64,000 nt of DNA from a virus. The notes beneath the pieces are model-generated. The model made no database searches and was not told where the DNA came from. It saw nothing but the letters and a program-made list of their open reading frames with translations. The stretch lies in UHGV virus genome UHGV-1368191. One strand, 5' to 3'. Below, in pieces: positions 18,355 through 29,200 of this stretch. How positions within the stretch are numbered: the first letter of the stretch is position 1; each line of letters starts with the position of its first letter. The position numbers and the translations under genes were made by a program.

Positions 18355-20276
18355 GACTTATAAAACCATCATTTGAAATTTGGAAACAAGAACCTGGATT
18401 AGAAGGAATATATAAAGCCATTGAGAGAGCAGGGCGTGTATGCTATAGGTCTGAGGACAAGATAACAGAAGATAGTGCTAAGCCTTTTGTAGATAGAATG
18501 ATTAAAGCAGGTCACTGCTATACAGGAGATACAGAGGTACTAACTGAGAATGGTTGGATTAAATTTAGAGATTATAATGGTGAAAAAGTTGCTGTAATAA
18601 ATAAGGATTGTTCATTTAAAGGTTTTGAAAATCCAAAAAGAATAGTAAGTTATTCTTATAAAGGTAATTTTTATTATTATCCTTCACTAGGTATAGAAGT
18701 TACTGATGGACATAATATGTTTGGGATTTTCAGAGAAAGCAAAAACGACTTTTATAAAAACAATTCGTATTCTTTATTTAAATGCAATGGATATTATAAA
18801 GATAATAATGGCAGAGAAAAAACTTTAGGAGAAAGAATGTTTAAAACTCCAAGACATTGTCTAAAAAGCAAGTCTTTAAATCCTTATGGAGAGTTAATTG
18901 GGTTTTGGTTAGGAGATGGATGCTATAGTCCTGAAACTAAAAATAAATTAGTGTTTCATTTAAAGAAGCCAAGAAAAATAGAATATCTAAAACAATTATG
19001 TGAAGAACTGGGATATATTTTTGAAGAAAGAAAATCTAATTATTATACTGTTACTAATAATAATATAGGGAGTTCTTTTAATTCATTGTTTTATAATAAT
19101 GGCAAAAGAATATCATTACAGTACTTTCCATCATTAGATATAGCTTTTTCTATTATTGAAGGACTAATAAATTCAGATGGTAGTAGAGCAAAAAACACTA
19201 AAACTATAACTTTTACAAATACTAGTAAAAGTATAATTGATTGGTTATTAATATATGCTCCTATATGTGGTTATTCTATTTCTAACAGAGGTATTTCCCA
19301 TAATACTACTTTACATAATCCTGTATATAAAGTATTATTATTAGATACTAACTATACCTTAAATAATGATTCTAGAGATAAAGACTCTAAAGTTATTATT
19401 ACTAATAAAGTAGAGGAAGTCTATTGTGTTACAGTATCTACTGGATTAATAATGGTTAGGGGAATAAATGGGATTACTACTATTTGTGGTAATTGTGCTA
19501 TGTTAGAACATGGTACTGTATATTTAGCTATTCCAATGACTACTTATGCTCCTGAGGCAGTTAATATATATCATAACAATTCCTATTCAAAAGTAAATAA
19601 ATGTAATGAATTTATATTTACTGATAAATACGGAGATAAGGTTGCAGCATGGTGCGTAACAACTAATTTAAGAGTTTTAGTAGAAAATGATTGCTTAGAA
19701 GATTTAGAATTTCTTTGTGAACCTACAGAGTTCCATGAGAAAAGAGTTTGTGTACACTTTGTATGTGATAGAGGTGTATCACATGAGTTTGTAAGGCATA
19801 GAGTAATGTCTTTTGCTCAGGAAAGTACGAGGTATTGCAACTACTCTAAGGATAAGTTTAGTAATGAACTTACCTTTATTATTCCTTGTTGGTGTGATGA
19901 TATTCCTGATGCTTTAAGCCTAAAAGATAGTATGGATGTAAAGAAGTTTGTTTGGGGAACTGATAATTTGGCTGCTACAGTTGAAGAAAAAGGTGTAGTG
20001 AATAGGCAAGTTAGTAAGTTTACTCAAAGATTTCTATATGAAATGCAAGGAGATGAAGATACATATATAGGGCTTATAGCTGCTGGATATAAACCACAGG
20101 AAGCAAGAGCCGTTCTCTCTAACTCCTTAAAGACAGAATTAGTAATGACTGGCTTTGTATCTGATTGGAAACATTTCTTTGAGTTAAGATGTGCTGACAA
20201 TGCTCATCCTCAAGCCAGGGAATTGGCTATTCCTTTAAGAGAAGAGTTTATTAAAAGGGATTATATTAATGAATGA
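18351..20276 (+). CDS. thyX: flavin-dependent thymidylate synthase ThyX, interrupted by an intein
   Basis: ThyX signature 'RHRVMSFAQESTRY' (RHR..S..Q.S.RY). N-terminal extein 'KAGH|...|CAMLEHGTVYLAI' parallels ThyX 'HGHETPFEHIVFTF'. Extein total ~315 aa. Confidence 0.8.
   Translation: MRLIKPSFEIWKQEPGLEGIYKAIERAGRVCYRSEDKITEDSAKPFVDRMIKAGHCYTGDTEVLTENGWIKFRDYNGEKVAVINKDCSFKGFENPKRIVSYSYKGNFYYYPSLGIEVTDGHNMFGIFRESKNDFYKNNSYSLFKCNGYYKDNNGREKTLGERMFKTPRHCLKSKSLNPYGELIGFWLGDGCYSPETKNKLVFHLKKPRKIEYLKQLCEELGYIFEERKSNYYTVTNNNIGSSFNSLFYNNGKRISLQYFPSLDIAFSIIEGLINSDGSRAKNTKTITFTNTSKSIIDWLLIYAPICGYSISNRGISHNTTLHNPVYKVLLLDTNYTLNNDSRDKDSKVIITNKVEEVYCVTVSTGLIMVRGINGITTICGNCAMLEHGTVYLAIPMTTYAPEAVNIYHNNSYSKVNKCNEFIFTDKYGDKVAAWCVTTNLRVLVENDCLEDLEFLCEPTEFHEKRVCVHFVCDRGVSHEFVRHRVMSFAQESTRYCNYSKDKFSNELTFIIPCWCDDIPDALSLKDSMDVKKFVWGTDNLAATVEEKGVVNRQVSKFTQRFLYEMQGDEDTYIGLIAAGYKPQEARAVLSNSLKTELVMTGFVSDWKHFFELRCADNAHPQARELAIPLREEFIKRDYINE
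18516..19493 (+). mobile_element. intein (326 aa) with LAGLIDADG homing endonuclease
   Basis: Starts 'CYTGDTEVLTENGWIKF' after extein ...KAGH. Two LAGLIDADG motifs 'LIGFWLGDGCY' and 'IIEGLINSDGS'. Ends '...ITTICGN' followed by Cys(+1) 'CAMLEH'. Penultimate residue is Gly rather than the usual His. Confidence 0.7.
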
Positions 20277-20580
20277 ATTTGATTTAGCAAGCCTTGCTTG
20301 CATAAAAGAATCTAATCTAAGTATTGCTAAGAATTTAATAGATATTAAATATCTATTGACACAAATACTTGATAATTTAGAGAGGAAACAAGTAAAGCAA
20401 GATAGCTGTTCCACTAAGAGAAGAATTTATTAAAAGAGGATATATCAATGAATAAAGAAGAATTTCTAAACTTTTGCATTAAGAATGGTCTACCCTTTGA
20501 AATAGAATTTAAGGAGCCTTGGTATCCTAAGTCTATAGAGGTATCTAAAGAGGATCTAAATAATACCAAATGATTGATAG
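20226..20580 (+). repeat. tandem diverged duplication of the thyX 3' end plus start of a downstream small ORF (~180-bp unit, ~80% identity)
   Basis: 20226..20276 (AIPLREEFIKRDYINE*) and 20405..20455 (AVPLREEFIKRGYINE*) encode the same 16-aa C-terminus with mostly synonymous changes. Each copy is followed by an overlapping small ORF beginning MNEF../MNKEEF.. . Confidence 0.55.
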
Positions 20581-20706
20581 AAATTCTTAATCAGGCTATT
20601 TTTGATGGTATAATTTACGGAGAATATAAAATTCAAATACAAAATGACTGAAGAAAGATACCAATATCTATCATTAGAAGAGAATATAACTAAATCAGAA
20701 TAATCA

Positions 20707-20868
20707 ATGTTAAATATACTTAAACTCCTAATTATGAGACATAAATGTCATCATGATTGGGAATTACAGAAGCAAATAGTAAGGGAATCAGAATTAGGAA
20801 TCTCCATTACCTACTATTTTATATGTAAGAAATGTGGTAAAACCTCTAAAAGAAAAGTCTATCAATGA
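20707..20868 (+). CDS. possible small Cys/His-containing protein (53 aa)
   Basis: ORF MLNILKLLIMRHKCHHDWELQ...FICKKCGKTSKRKVYQ with CxH...CxxC spacing. Stop overlaps the next start (ATGA). Confidence 0.25.
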   Translation: MLNILKLLIMRHKCHHDWELQKQIVRESELGISITYYFICKKCGKTSKRKVYQ

Positions 20869-21050
20869 ATCTGAAAGACCTATATTTAAGTGGAGATAAG
20901 GAAGTAGTAAGATTTAAAAGTATCTTTAACTTTCTTAATTACTGCTATACCCGAAAACTCACCAAAGAAAATAGTGAGACCTTTTATGACTCTCAAAATG
21001 AGTATATGTATCTTAAACCCTGCAAAGTAGATTTACATACTAATAAGTAA
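20865..21050 (+). CDS. hypothetical small protein
   Basis: 61-aa ORF. Confidence 0.3.
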   Translation: MNLKDLYLSGDKEVVRFKSIFNFLNYCYTRKLTKENSETFYDSQNEYMYLKPCKVDLHTNK

Positions 21051-21059
21051 AATAAAAGA

Positions 21060-21821
21060 ATGGAAAAGAAATATGAAATTTTAAAAGACCAATCTATTAC
21101 CTTAAATGGTCATACCCTATATAGGATAAAACCATTGAAGAGGATTTCTAATATGTTTCCAGGTGTGCTAGGAGGATTCATTGAAAGTGAGGATAATCTT
21201 TCTCATGAAGGAGATTGTTGGGTGACTGAGAATGCAGCTGTTTATGGCCACTCTATAGTTATGGAGAATGCATGGGTAGGAGGAAGTGCCAGAATACATG
21301 GTCATAGTATTATACGTGGAAATTGCTTAATAGCAGGATCTCCTTTAATCATCAGTTCAGAAATCAAGGGAAACTCCGAAGTAACAGAGGAAGCTATAAT
21401 ACAGAACTCTGTACTGCAAGACCGAGCTGTAGTTAAAGGTGATGCAAATTTAGACGATGTTAGGGTTTCTGGAAGTTCCATTATAAAAGACTTCGCCACT
21501 GTGACAAATACAGATATTGAGGGAGATGCATGTATTAGTGGAAAAGTTTGTATTAAGAAGGGCAGTGACTACACAGTAATCAAGAATTTTTGGAGTTCTT
21601 GTAGGATTATCACCTATACCAGACCTAATAGAATGTGGAGAACTGGTTGTTTCCTTGGAACTGGTGAGGAACTTATAAAGAAAGCTTATAATGACTCAAA
21701 AGAAAAGGGGGAGCAATTTAAGTTACTTGTTGAGTATGTTGAGAAAGCCTATGCACTAAAAGAAGGGAAAAAGAAAGAATCCCTACTAAGTAGATTACTT
21801 AGATTTTTAAAGATAGTATGA
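21060..21821 (+). CDS. left-handed beta-helix (hexapeptide-repeat) protein
   Basis: Repeated hexapeptide-like periodicity 'ENAAVYGHSIVMENAWVGGSARIHGHSIIRGNCLIAGSPLI...VVKGDANLDDVRVSGSSIIKDFATV'. Confidence 0.45.
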   Translation: MEKKYEILKDQSITLNGHTLYRIKPLKRISNMFPGVLGGFIESEDNLSHEGDCWVTENAAVYGHSIVMENAWVGGSARIHGHSIIRGNCLIAGSPLIISSEIKGNSEVTEEAIIQNSVLQDRAVVKGDANLDDVRVSGSSIIKDFATVTNTDIEGDACISGKVCIKKGSDYTVIKNFWSSCRIITYTRPNRMWRTGCFLGTGEELIKKAYNDSKEKGEQFKLLVEYVEKAYALKEGKKKESLLSRLLRFLKIV

Positions 21822-21837
21822 AAAGGAGATACTTAAA

Positions 21838-22023
21838 ATGACATGTGAAATATTATTCTTTGTAGCTATAACTTGGTGGGTATCTGTACTCTTTGCTCTA
21901 CTCATACTTGTGGTAGATGAGGAGGTTGAGATAGGTAATCTAGTAATACTTTTATTTCCAGCTAATCTTATCTTTGTGATAAAGTATTGGTGGAAAGCTA
22001 TTATTAAAGCTGTAAAATCATAA
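21838..22023 (+). CDS. small membrane protein (two predicted TM helices)
   Basis: 61 aa, highly hydrophobic (ILFFVAITWWVSVLFALLILVV... LVILLFPANLIFVIKYWW). AGGAG-like sequence 9 nt upstream of the ATG. Confidence 0.4.
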   Translation: MTCEILFFVAITWWVSVLFALLILVVDEEVEIGNLVILLFPANLIFVIKYWWKAIIKAVKS

Positions 22024-22028
22024 ATATT

Positions 22029-22403
22029 ATGGAAAAGAATTTTAAAATAGAACTCCCTGAAGGAGTTAAGATAACCGATATACAATCAACACTTAATGAA
22101 AATGGAACTGTTGCCACAATCACTGTGTGTATGAAAGAGGAATATGTACCAAAGAATGGTGATTTTGTGAGAGTAGTGGGAAGCTGCCAAGAATGTATAG
22201 CAATTTATAACGTAAGTAAAGAGATTGATATATACAAAAAGGGAAATAAGCTATTCTATTATGTATCACTAGGTAAGACGGATGAAAGATTACTGACGAA
22301 TGATTGGATGTATAGTAGAGAAGTATTCCCAGTTACGAAGAAGCTCTCGAAGCAGGCTTACGTGAAGCAATTAAACTGGTTAAAAAGCAATGATTATGAG
22401 TAA
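22029..22403 (+). CDS. hypothetical protein
   Basis: 124-aa ORF. Confidence 0.4.
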   Translation: MEKNFKIELPEGVKITDIQSTLNENGTVATITVCMKEEYVPKNGDFVRVVGSCQECIAIYNVSKEIDIYKKGNKLFYYVSLGKTDERLLTNDWMYSREVFPVTKKLSKQAYVKQLNWLKSNDYE

Positions 22404-22806
22404 GCAGTGTTTAGACGTGCAGCAGATGCAGCACCTGCAAGAGCTGGGGTTAAAGTTGAAACCTTCTCTTATACATTATTATAAAATAATCAATATAGAT
22501 TCAGGTAAATGGTATTTATCAGTAACAACTGGAGATATAAGTGAGGATAGCCCAACGTATCAATATATTCCCGCATACACTTTGCAGGATGTGCTGGATG
22601 CACTACCTACTACCATCTTACATGACAAACAAATATATGAACTTGATATCAATATGTGCAATGAACGTATAGAATACGTGAAAACATCGGTTGATGATGT
22701 GCTTGTAGGATTGTGCTTTACTCAACTACTACTCATTGATGCAGCATACTCTATGCTGTGTTGGGCTATTGAGAATAAATTTGTAGAAACAAATAAAAAT
22801 GAATGA
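22390..22806 (+). CDS. hypothetical protein
   Basis: 138-aa ORF. Local nucleotide composition is noticeably less AT-rich than the flanks. Confidence 0.4.
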   Translation: MIMSKQCLDVQQMQHLQELGLKLKPSLIHYYKIINIDSGKWYLSVTTGDISEDSPTYQYIPAYTLQDVLDALPTTILHDKQIYELDINMCNERIEYVKTSVDDVLVGLCFTQLLLIDAAYSMLCWAIENKFVETNKNE

Positions 22807-22824
22807 GGATATTAGATTAGAAAT

Positions 22825-23172
22825 ATGATAACTTTTAAAGAATATTTTAGTGATTGGATAAAGGTTATTAATAAGAAGGGACTGTTTAAAATTATGAGGT
22901 GGTTAAAAATAGTAAATCCTAATAACTTTTGTCCACCTATAGCAGAAAATTCCTACAAGTTTTTTCAAAACAAGAGTTGTAAGTATTTTCCTTGCCACTC
23001 TAATGTAAGTGAAAAGGACTTTAACTGTATGTTTTGCTACTGCCCTCTATATAGTAAGAAAGAGTGTGGGGGTAATTATCGGATATTAGAAAATGGGGTA
23101 AAGGATTGCTCAGGTTGTGTAATACCTCATGGTAGAAATTCTTGGGGTATAATTCAAGGAAAATTAAAGTAG
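22825..23172 (+). CDS. Cys-rich small-domain protein (putative metal-binding)
   Basis: 'KYFPCHSNVSEKDFNCMFCYCPLYSKKECGGNYR...DCSGCVIPHG' resembles the 'cysteine-rich small domain' pattern (C...C.FC.CPLY...CGG). N-terminus 'MITFKEYFSDWIKV' mirrors the UDG N-terminus 'MTLKEYFGDWLKV'. Confidence 0.45.
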   Translation: MITFKEYFSDWIKVINKKGLFKIMRWLKIVNPNNFCPPIAENSYKFFQNKSCKYFPCHSNVSEKDFNCMFCYCPLYSKKECGGNYRILENGVKDCSGCVIPHGRNSWGIIQGKLK

Positions 23173-23184
23173 TTATTGAAAATG

Positions 23185-23228
23185 TAAGGGATAGTAAGTC
23201 AAGTACTTATTATCCCTTAATTTTTTTC
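23185..23228 (+). terminator. rho-independent terminator
   Basis: Stem taagggata/tatccctta with 17-nt loop followed by aTTTTTTT. Confidence 0.55.
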
Positions 23229-23260
23229 AATATAAAGTTGTGTATCTCAACTGAAATAAT

Positions 23261-23268
23261 TAATTTTG
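23261..23268 (+). promoter_or_regulatory. possible Bacteroidetes-type -7 promoter element (TAnnTTTG) upstream of the giant gene
   Basis: TAATTTTG lies between the terminator and the first ATG of the 3050-aa ORF (ATG at 23290). The ORF-track start at 23266 is a TTG. Confidence 0.2.
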
Positions 23269-26200
23269 CAAAAACTAATTTTATTAAATATGTTAAGAGT
23301 TTATTGCACAGTAGTTACTCCTGAAATAAATGAAATGGCGGAGAAAATAGGGTTACATCCACAAATAGTTAATAACCTAATTTGTGTATGGCAAACCCTT
23401 AATAATAAACCAAATCAATATCCTTCAGAGCAAGAACTACAAGAATTAATTAAAAACAGAGAAAGCTATAATGACGCTTTTAAGTATGCTATTCCTTATT
23501 ATACTAGAAGCGAAGAAAAAGGCTATGGAGTACACTTTGATGAGAATGATAACCTAGTTATTAATCCTTATCCAAAAGATACGCAGCTTAAGGATGCCTT
23601 AAATACACTTCCTTTAGGAGTTCCTGAAGATCTTAAATCTGAAATAACTACGTTTAAAGAGCTTTACATAGTTCAGTTATATGCTGAAAGATTATTACAG
23701 ACAGATCCTAATTATGATATACAGGATAATCCAAATGCATATATAGCAGCTGTGACTGCCTCTATTAGAATGCTTATGGAAGGCAAAAAGAGGCATCTAT
23801 ATGATACTACTAGTACTCCTGTTCCTACAAATCCCCAAGTAGAAAGTGAACAGAAGACTACTAAGACTCCTACCATTGAAAAATCTATAGAGTATACACT
23901 TCCTGGACAGGGAAAACAGACTTATACTATAAAGGGTACACATATTTATAATAAAGATGGTAAAGAGGTCTTTAAAGAAGATAGTGTACACAGAAATAGG
24001 ATATTTGCCAATTTAGCGGTTAAAGAAGGAAGAGCAGTAGTGGTAGAACATGGAGATACTAGTTATGTAGTTAATAACAAAGGACATATTATCTCAGTTG
24101 CTACAGGTAAGATGATGCAGTGGGGAGAAGAAAATAGTAATAGAAAAGCTATTCTGGAGGAAGCTAGGAAAAAGTTCTCCTCCAAGATATCTACTCAACA
24201 AAGTCAAAAAACTGTAACTTCTACTTTAGATACTAGGACTATATCTAACAAGACAGCCTCTTTTGGAGTTACTATATCAGAAAACATAATGGGTAATTAT
24301 TCTGAATGGCTTAAAGATAACCCAAATGGTATAGTAGCTTACAGGGTGGACAAGGAACATTTTAATACACCACAGCTTGTTCAAAGAGGTATTATAGGTA
24401 ATCCATTTAATTGGCAAAAGTATGGTGAGGGGAAATCCCTTCAGATGTTCTATGATTGGTTAACCACAGGTAATAATTTTGGGGAGGAAAGTGCTGCTGA
24501 GGAATATAGAAAGGCTATTATTAATAAAATACTAAGTTCTCCAGTGGGTACTCCTATTCTATACTACAAAGAGAAGTACCAGCCTAGTCACGCCACTATG
24601 ATTGGGTATTTAATTAACCATAAAGATCTACTTAATACTGGGATTGTTTCCAGTACCGAAATCACTACTTCTAAAGGAACTGATTATCCCTCTAGGACTA
24701 GAGAAAATGCTGATTGGTCTGATATAACTATGGCTTTATTTACTGTAAGGTCTAATGGAGAAACTTTAACAGCTCAGGCTGCTGGTTCAAAAGACAGAAA
24801 ACAAATTGGAAACAGAACTATAAGAAATACCAAGGATAAGTATATAGAAGCTGAACTTAGCGATGATTTAAATAACCAAGCTACAATTATTGCTAATAAT
24901 CTTGAAAAACAAATAAAAGAGAAAGGTCTTCCTACCAAGGGAATAAAGCTTAATATAGCTGGTAACGGTATCTATTCTTTTAGTGAAGGAGTATCACAAG
25001 AATATCTTAATGATTTAGTTTCTAGTGTTATTCAGATTCTTCAACAAAAGGGTATTACTATATCTAAGATAAGAAGTGGAGGACAGACTGGTGTAGATGA
25101 GGCTGGTATTATAGCTGCCCAAAGATTGGGTATTCCTAATGAAGTACATACTACTGCTGATTTTAAATTTAGAGGCAGAGATGGACAAGATATAAGAGGA
25201 GAAGAGAGATTTAAGGCAAGATTTATAAATCAACAAAGCACTGAAGGTGATAACAATAGAAGAGATATCCAGATAAAAGGGGAAAACATTTCTAGTAAGG
25301 GTTCAACTTTTGCTAAAATGTTGACTAATCCTGGGAATGATCTTACAGTAGTCTATAAAGGCAAGACATTTAGGAATGCTGAACATGCTTATCAAACATG
25401 GAAATCAGGTGAATTTGATGAAGCTGCTTTTAATAGTACCGCTTTTAAACCTGTAGGCAAAAAGCCTGTAAATAAGTCCTCAAATTTTCAAACTATGGTA
25501 GAGATACTCACTGCCAAGTTAGAGCAACATCCTGAATTGATTCAGGGCATCAATGACAGAAGGGGCATTGAGTATCTAAATAGGTCATGGCATGAAGTTA
25601 CTGGTGATGAATACTGGGAAAAACAAGGTAACTTTATGAAGGCTCTTATCCAAGCTTATAATAGAGTTAATTCTGACCAAAATACACAACAGGAAGAGGG
25701 AACTCCTGAAGACCTTCCTGAAATAGGTATTCCTGAAGCACTTGCAAGCCAGGTACAGGTAAATAAGGAAAGTCCAAGAGCTATTCTTTCAAGGCAAATG
25801 AGTCCTCAAGAAATAACTAGGAGGGAGGATATGATAGCCAGGGATTTCTCTGATATTATTAATGATGCCCTAAGTGACATGCAAGAAGGTCTTAGAAATG
25901 ATATAGAGAATGAAAAAGACCCACTAAGAAGGCTGCAATTATCCCAGAAATTAAATGCACTGGAAGATCCTGTCAAAGGTAGAAGAGCCGCTATAACAGA
26001 GCTTGGAATCGAGGAAATCTTGAATAGAATGAAAGAAGAATATCAAGAATGGATTGACATGGACAGCTCTGAGATAGACTCTTATCTAGGAAAAGGGAAA
26101 GCTGACTATGTAAAACAAGCTTATCAAAAAGTTCTTGATAATTTTGATCTCCTGTTTGATGAGGCAAGCTCTATGATAGAACAGAAAGAGCACTTAAGAA

Positions 26201-29200
26201 TAACGAGAGGAGATACTAAAGAAGTACAGAATACAGAAGACCAAGAACAAGTTTTAGAGGAGGAACTTGGTGATGATGATAGTGGTAACAGAGTAAGTGG
26301 GAATGAAGGGTATACATTCAAAATTAGATTTGTGGATCCTTTTACTTCTATTAGGGCTGAAACTAGGAAAGTCCTTAGTGACATAAAACAGATTGATACA
26401 GAAGGGAATGTAGCCACTGATGATTTAGGTAGAACTATTTATGTTAGGGAAGACTTTGCTCACTCAGCACTGCTGGCTTCCCTTAATTGGATGGATAACC
26501 CTAATGATTTCAGTGTTAAGAATGCAGATGGTACTTATAGCTTACCCGCATTGGAAAATGCCGCTATGATATATCCTTGGATTAATCAGGTAATAGAGGA
26601 ATTAGAGGCTGATCCAAACCTGATAAGTGTCTTCTATAATGATTTCAGAAAAGACTATATATCTTATTGGATGCAAAGAGATGGAAAAGTATTCCCTATG
26701 AATTCTCCTATAGACTATGAAGGAACTTTTAGGGGAATACAACGTAATTATGAGAGTGGCTCTCCACAGGATGATGACTCTATTTTTGATGTTAACCTGA
26801 AAATCAGTAAAGCTAATATAAGGAAAGCCAGAACCCTACTTACTAATGTAAGAAAGAGCCTTAGTAAAGCTGTGTATAGTGAGGATATGGAAACTATAGT
26901 TCCTTCTATACAAAAACTTCTCAATATAATTGGATTTAGCTCTACTAACCTGAATTTGACCCAATTAAAGGATATAAGTAATGTTGGGTTAGCGAACACA
27001 ATCCTTGATAGTATAGCTAGAGTACTTGATAACAGTGATACTCTTCAAGAAGGACAACACTATGTTGATACTGTTAGAGACCCTCTTAATATAATAGCTA
27101 AATTAGTAGGCAAAGTTACTGAACTGGATGCTCAAGTAACATTTAGGCAAGGTAAGAACTCATATCCTTCATATGCTGTTCCAAATTATATAGAAACTGT
27201 GTTTAAAAAGCTCCTTAAAAAGGATGATGACCAGAGGAATGAGTATTTACAAAATGAATTTGGAAAGTATGCCTGGTTCAAGAATAAAAACGGGGAATGG
27301 AATAATGAATGGCTTAGGCTTATAGAAGAGGATCCCAATGTGAGAGACATGGTAACCCTGGTTAATATGTTCAATATGGAAGGAGTTGACTATGAAAACT
27401 GGTCACCTAGTCTTATTACTACAGGGTTCATGAATATGTATTTTGCTATTGATGAGAATCCAGACTTGGATACCCAATATGGATATTATAACTTCCCCAT
27501 ATTCTCTGATACAAAGATGGCCACTTTTGTCAAATTCATTAAATATACTGGTGACTATAGAAGTAAATTAATCCCATTATATAGAAAACTAGTTAATCAA
27601 GAATTAAAGAGAATAAGACTGGTAGAGGATAGGGCTAAAAAGGGTATTCCTCCAATAAGTAATTTTGATAAAAGAGGAAAAAGATTCTGTTTTCTTCCTG
27701 AACTTAATACTCTTAAATTAGATTTTGAGGGTAAAGAAATGACTCTCCTTGATATAGTGAGAGAGTTAAATAGGAGGGGTAATGTAAAGAGTATTGATGC
27801 CTACATTGATAGTGCTATAAACTGGACTATAGATAAACTGGCTGATGACTTTATCTCTAATCATAAAGAGGTAGTAAGTGATGAGAGTCTTGATAAAATA
27901 AAAAAGGCTACTGGAGTAAAGAGTGATGAGGCTGCTGTTGACAAGATTAGGGAATATGTATGGAATCAAATATTCGCTACTTCACAAATGGTTCAAATGG
28001 TAACTACTGACTTAGCCTATTATGCGAGTGATACTGATTTTCAAAAGAGATTTAAGGAGGTATATGCAGCTGGAACTAAGTTGAATACTAACAGTAAATA
28101 TGGAAGAAAGACAGAAAGAACTGTCTATATCAGGGACAATATAGTAACTTCTCCTACTTATATCCCTCTTAAGGAGATGTTTACTAAAGCTTATAAAGAG
28201 GAAAGAATAACCAAGATGGATTTGGATTCTATTCTTTATAAGTTCAGAAACATAAATAGTGTAGATGGACAAGCTTATAGAAGTTTAAGTTCTTATAGAT
28301 CTATACTGGATATGCTAGGAAGGTGGACTCCTAAGATGGAGGAAGCTTTTGATAGATTAAATAAAGGCAATTGGGATATTAGTGACTTTGATATAATATG
28401 GCAGACTATTAAACCTTTTGTCTATGGCCAAGTTGAGACTCCTGATGGGTTAGGGGGACTACTAAGAACCCCTCATCAAAACAAGAACTCAGAGTTTCTA
28501 CTATTAGCTACCTATCAAGTCCTAGGAACAGTATTGAATAACTCTCCACAATTAAGAGGACTTAATAAGTTCATGGAAACGAATAATATTGATGTAGTCC
28601 AATTTGAATCTGCTGTGAAAGTAGGTTGTAGTGGAGTTATAGACATTAATGTAAGTCCTTCAAAAATTAAAAAGGCATCTGAAGACAGATTTATAGAGGT
28701 TAATGGAGAGAAATATGATGTTCCTGATATCAGTGGGTTGAACATCAGTAAAGCTTTTGACCAGATAAAGGAGTACTTTGATAATAGACTGGAAAGAGGC
28801 AGTATTACACAGCAGGAGTATAATAATATCATTGATTACCTTAAGCCAACAGAAACTGAGGTATTTAATACCTTAGTTGAGAATACAAGAAAGAAGATTA
28901 ATGATACTGATGTTCTTACTAAGGATAATTACAACAAGACTACAGTGCATGAAATAAGCTATGATGATTACATGATAGCCCAGCCTACTCCAGAGCATCT
29001 GTTTGATGTTGAATCTATAATAGGTTCTCAGTTCAGGAACCTTATATACTCAGATCTCCCTGAAGATATAGAAATTAATCTTGGAGATATCACTATTAAG
29101 GGAAGGGACAATGTAAAGAGATATTATTTCTCTCTTATGGTTGAGAACCTCTTGGATTCATATAAAGAGGTCAATGAGGTTTTTTCAAGCATAGAAACTC

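Noticed and set aside
20574-20613. sigma70-like TTGATA...TATAAT promoter
   Set aside because: 28-bp spacer is too long, and the presumed Bacteroidetes host would use TTTG/TAnnTTTG elements instead; an extended -10-like TGgTATAAT alone is insufficient.
23142-23324. 60-aa ORF spanning the terminator upstream of the giant gene
   Set aside because: Overlaps the terminator hairpin and the likely promoter; low-complexity.
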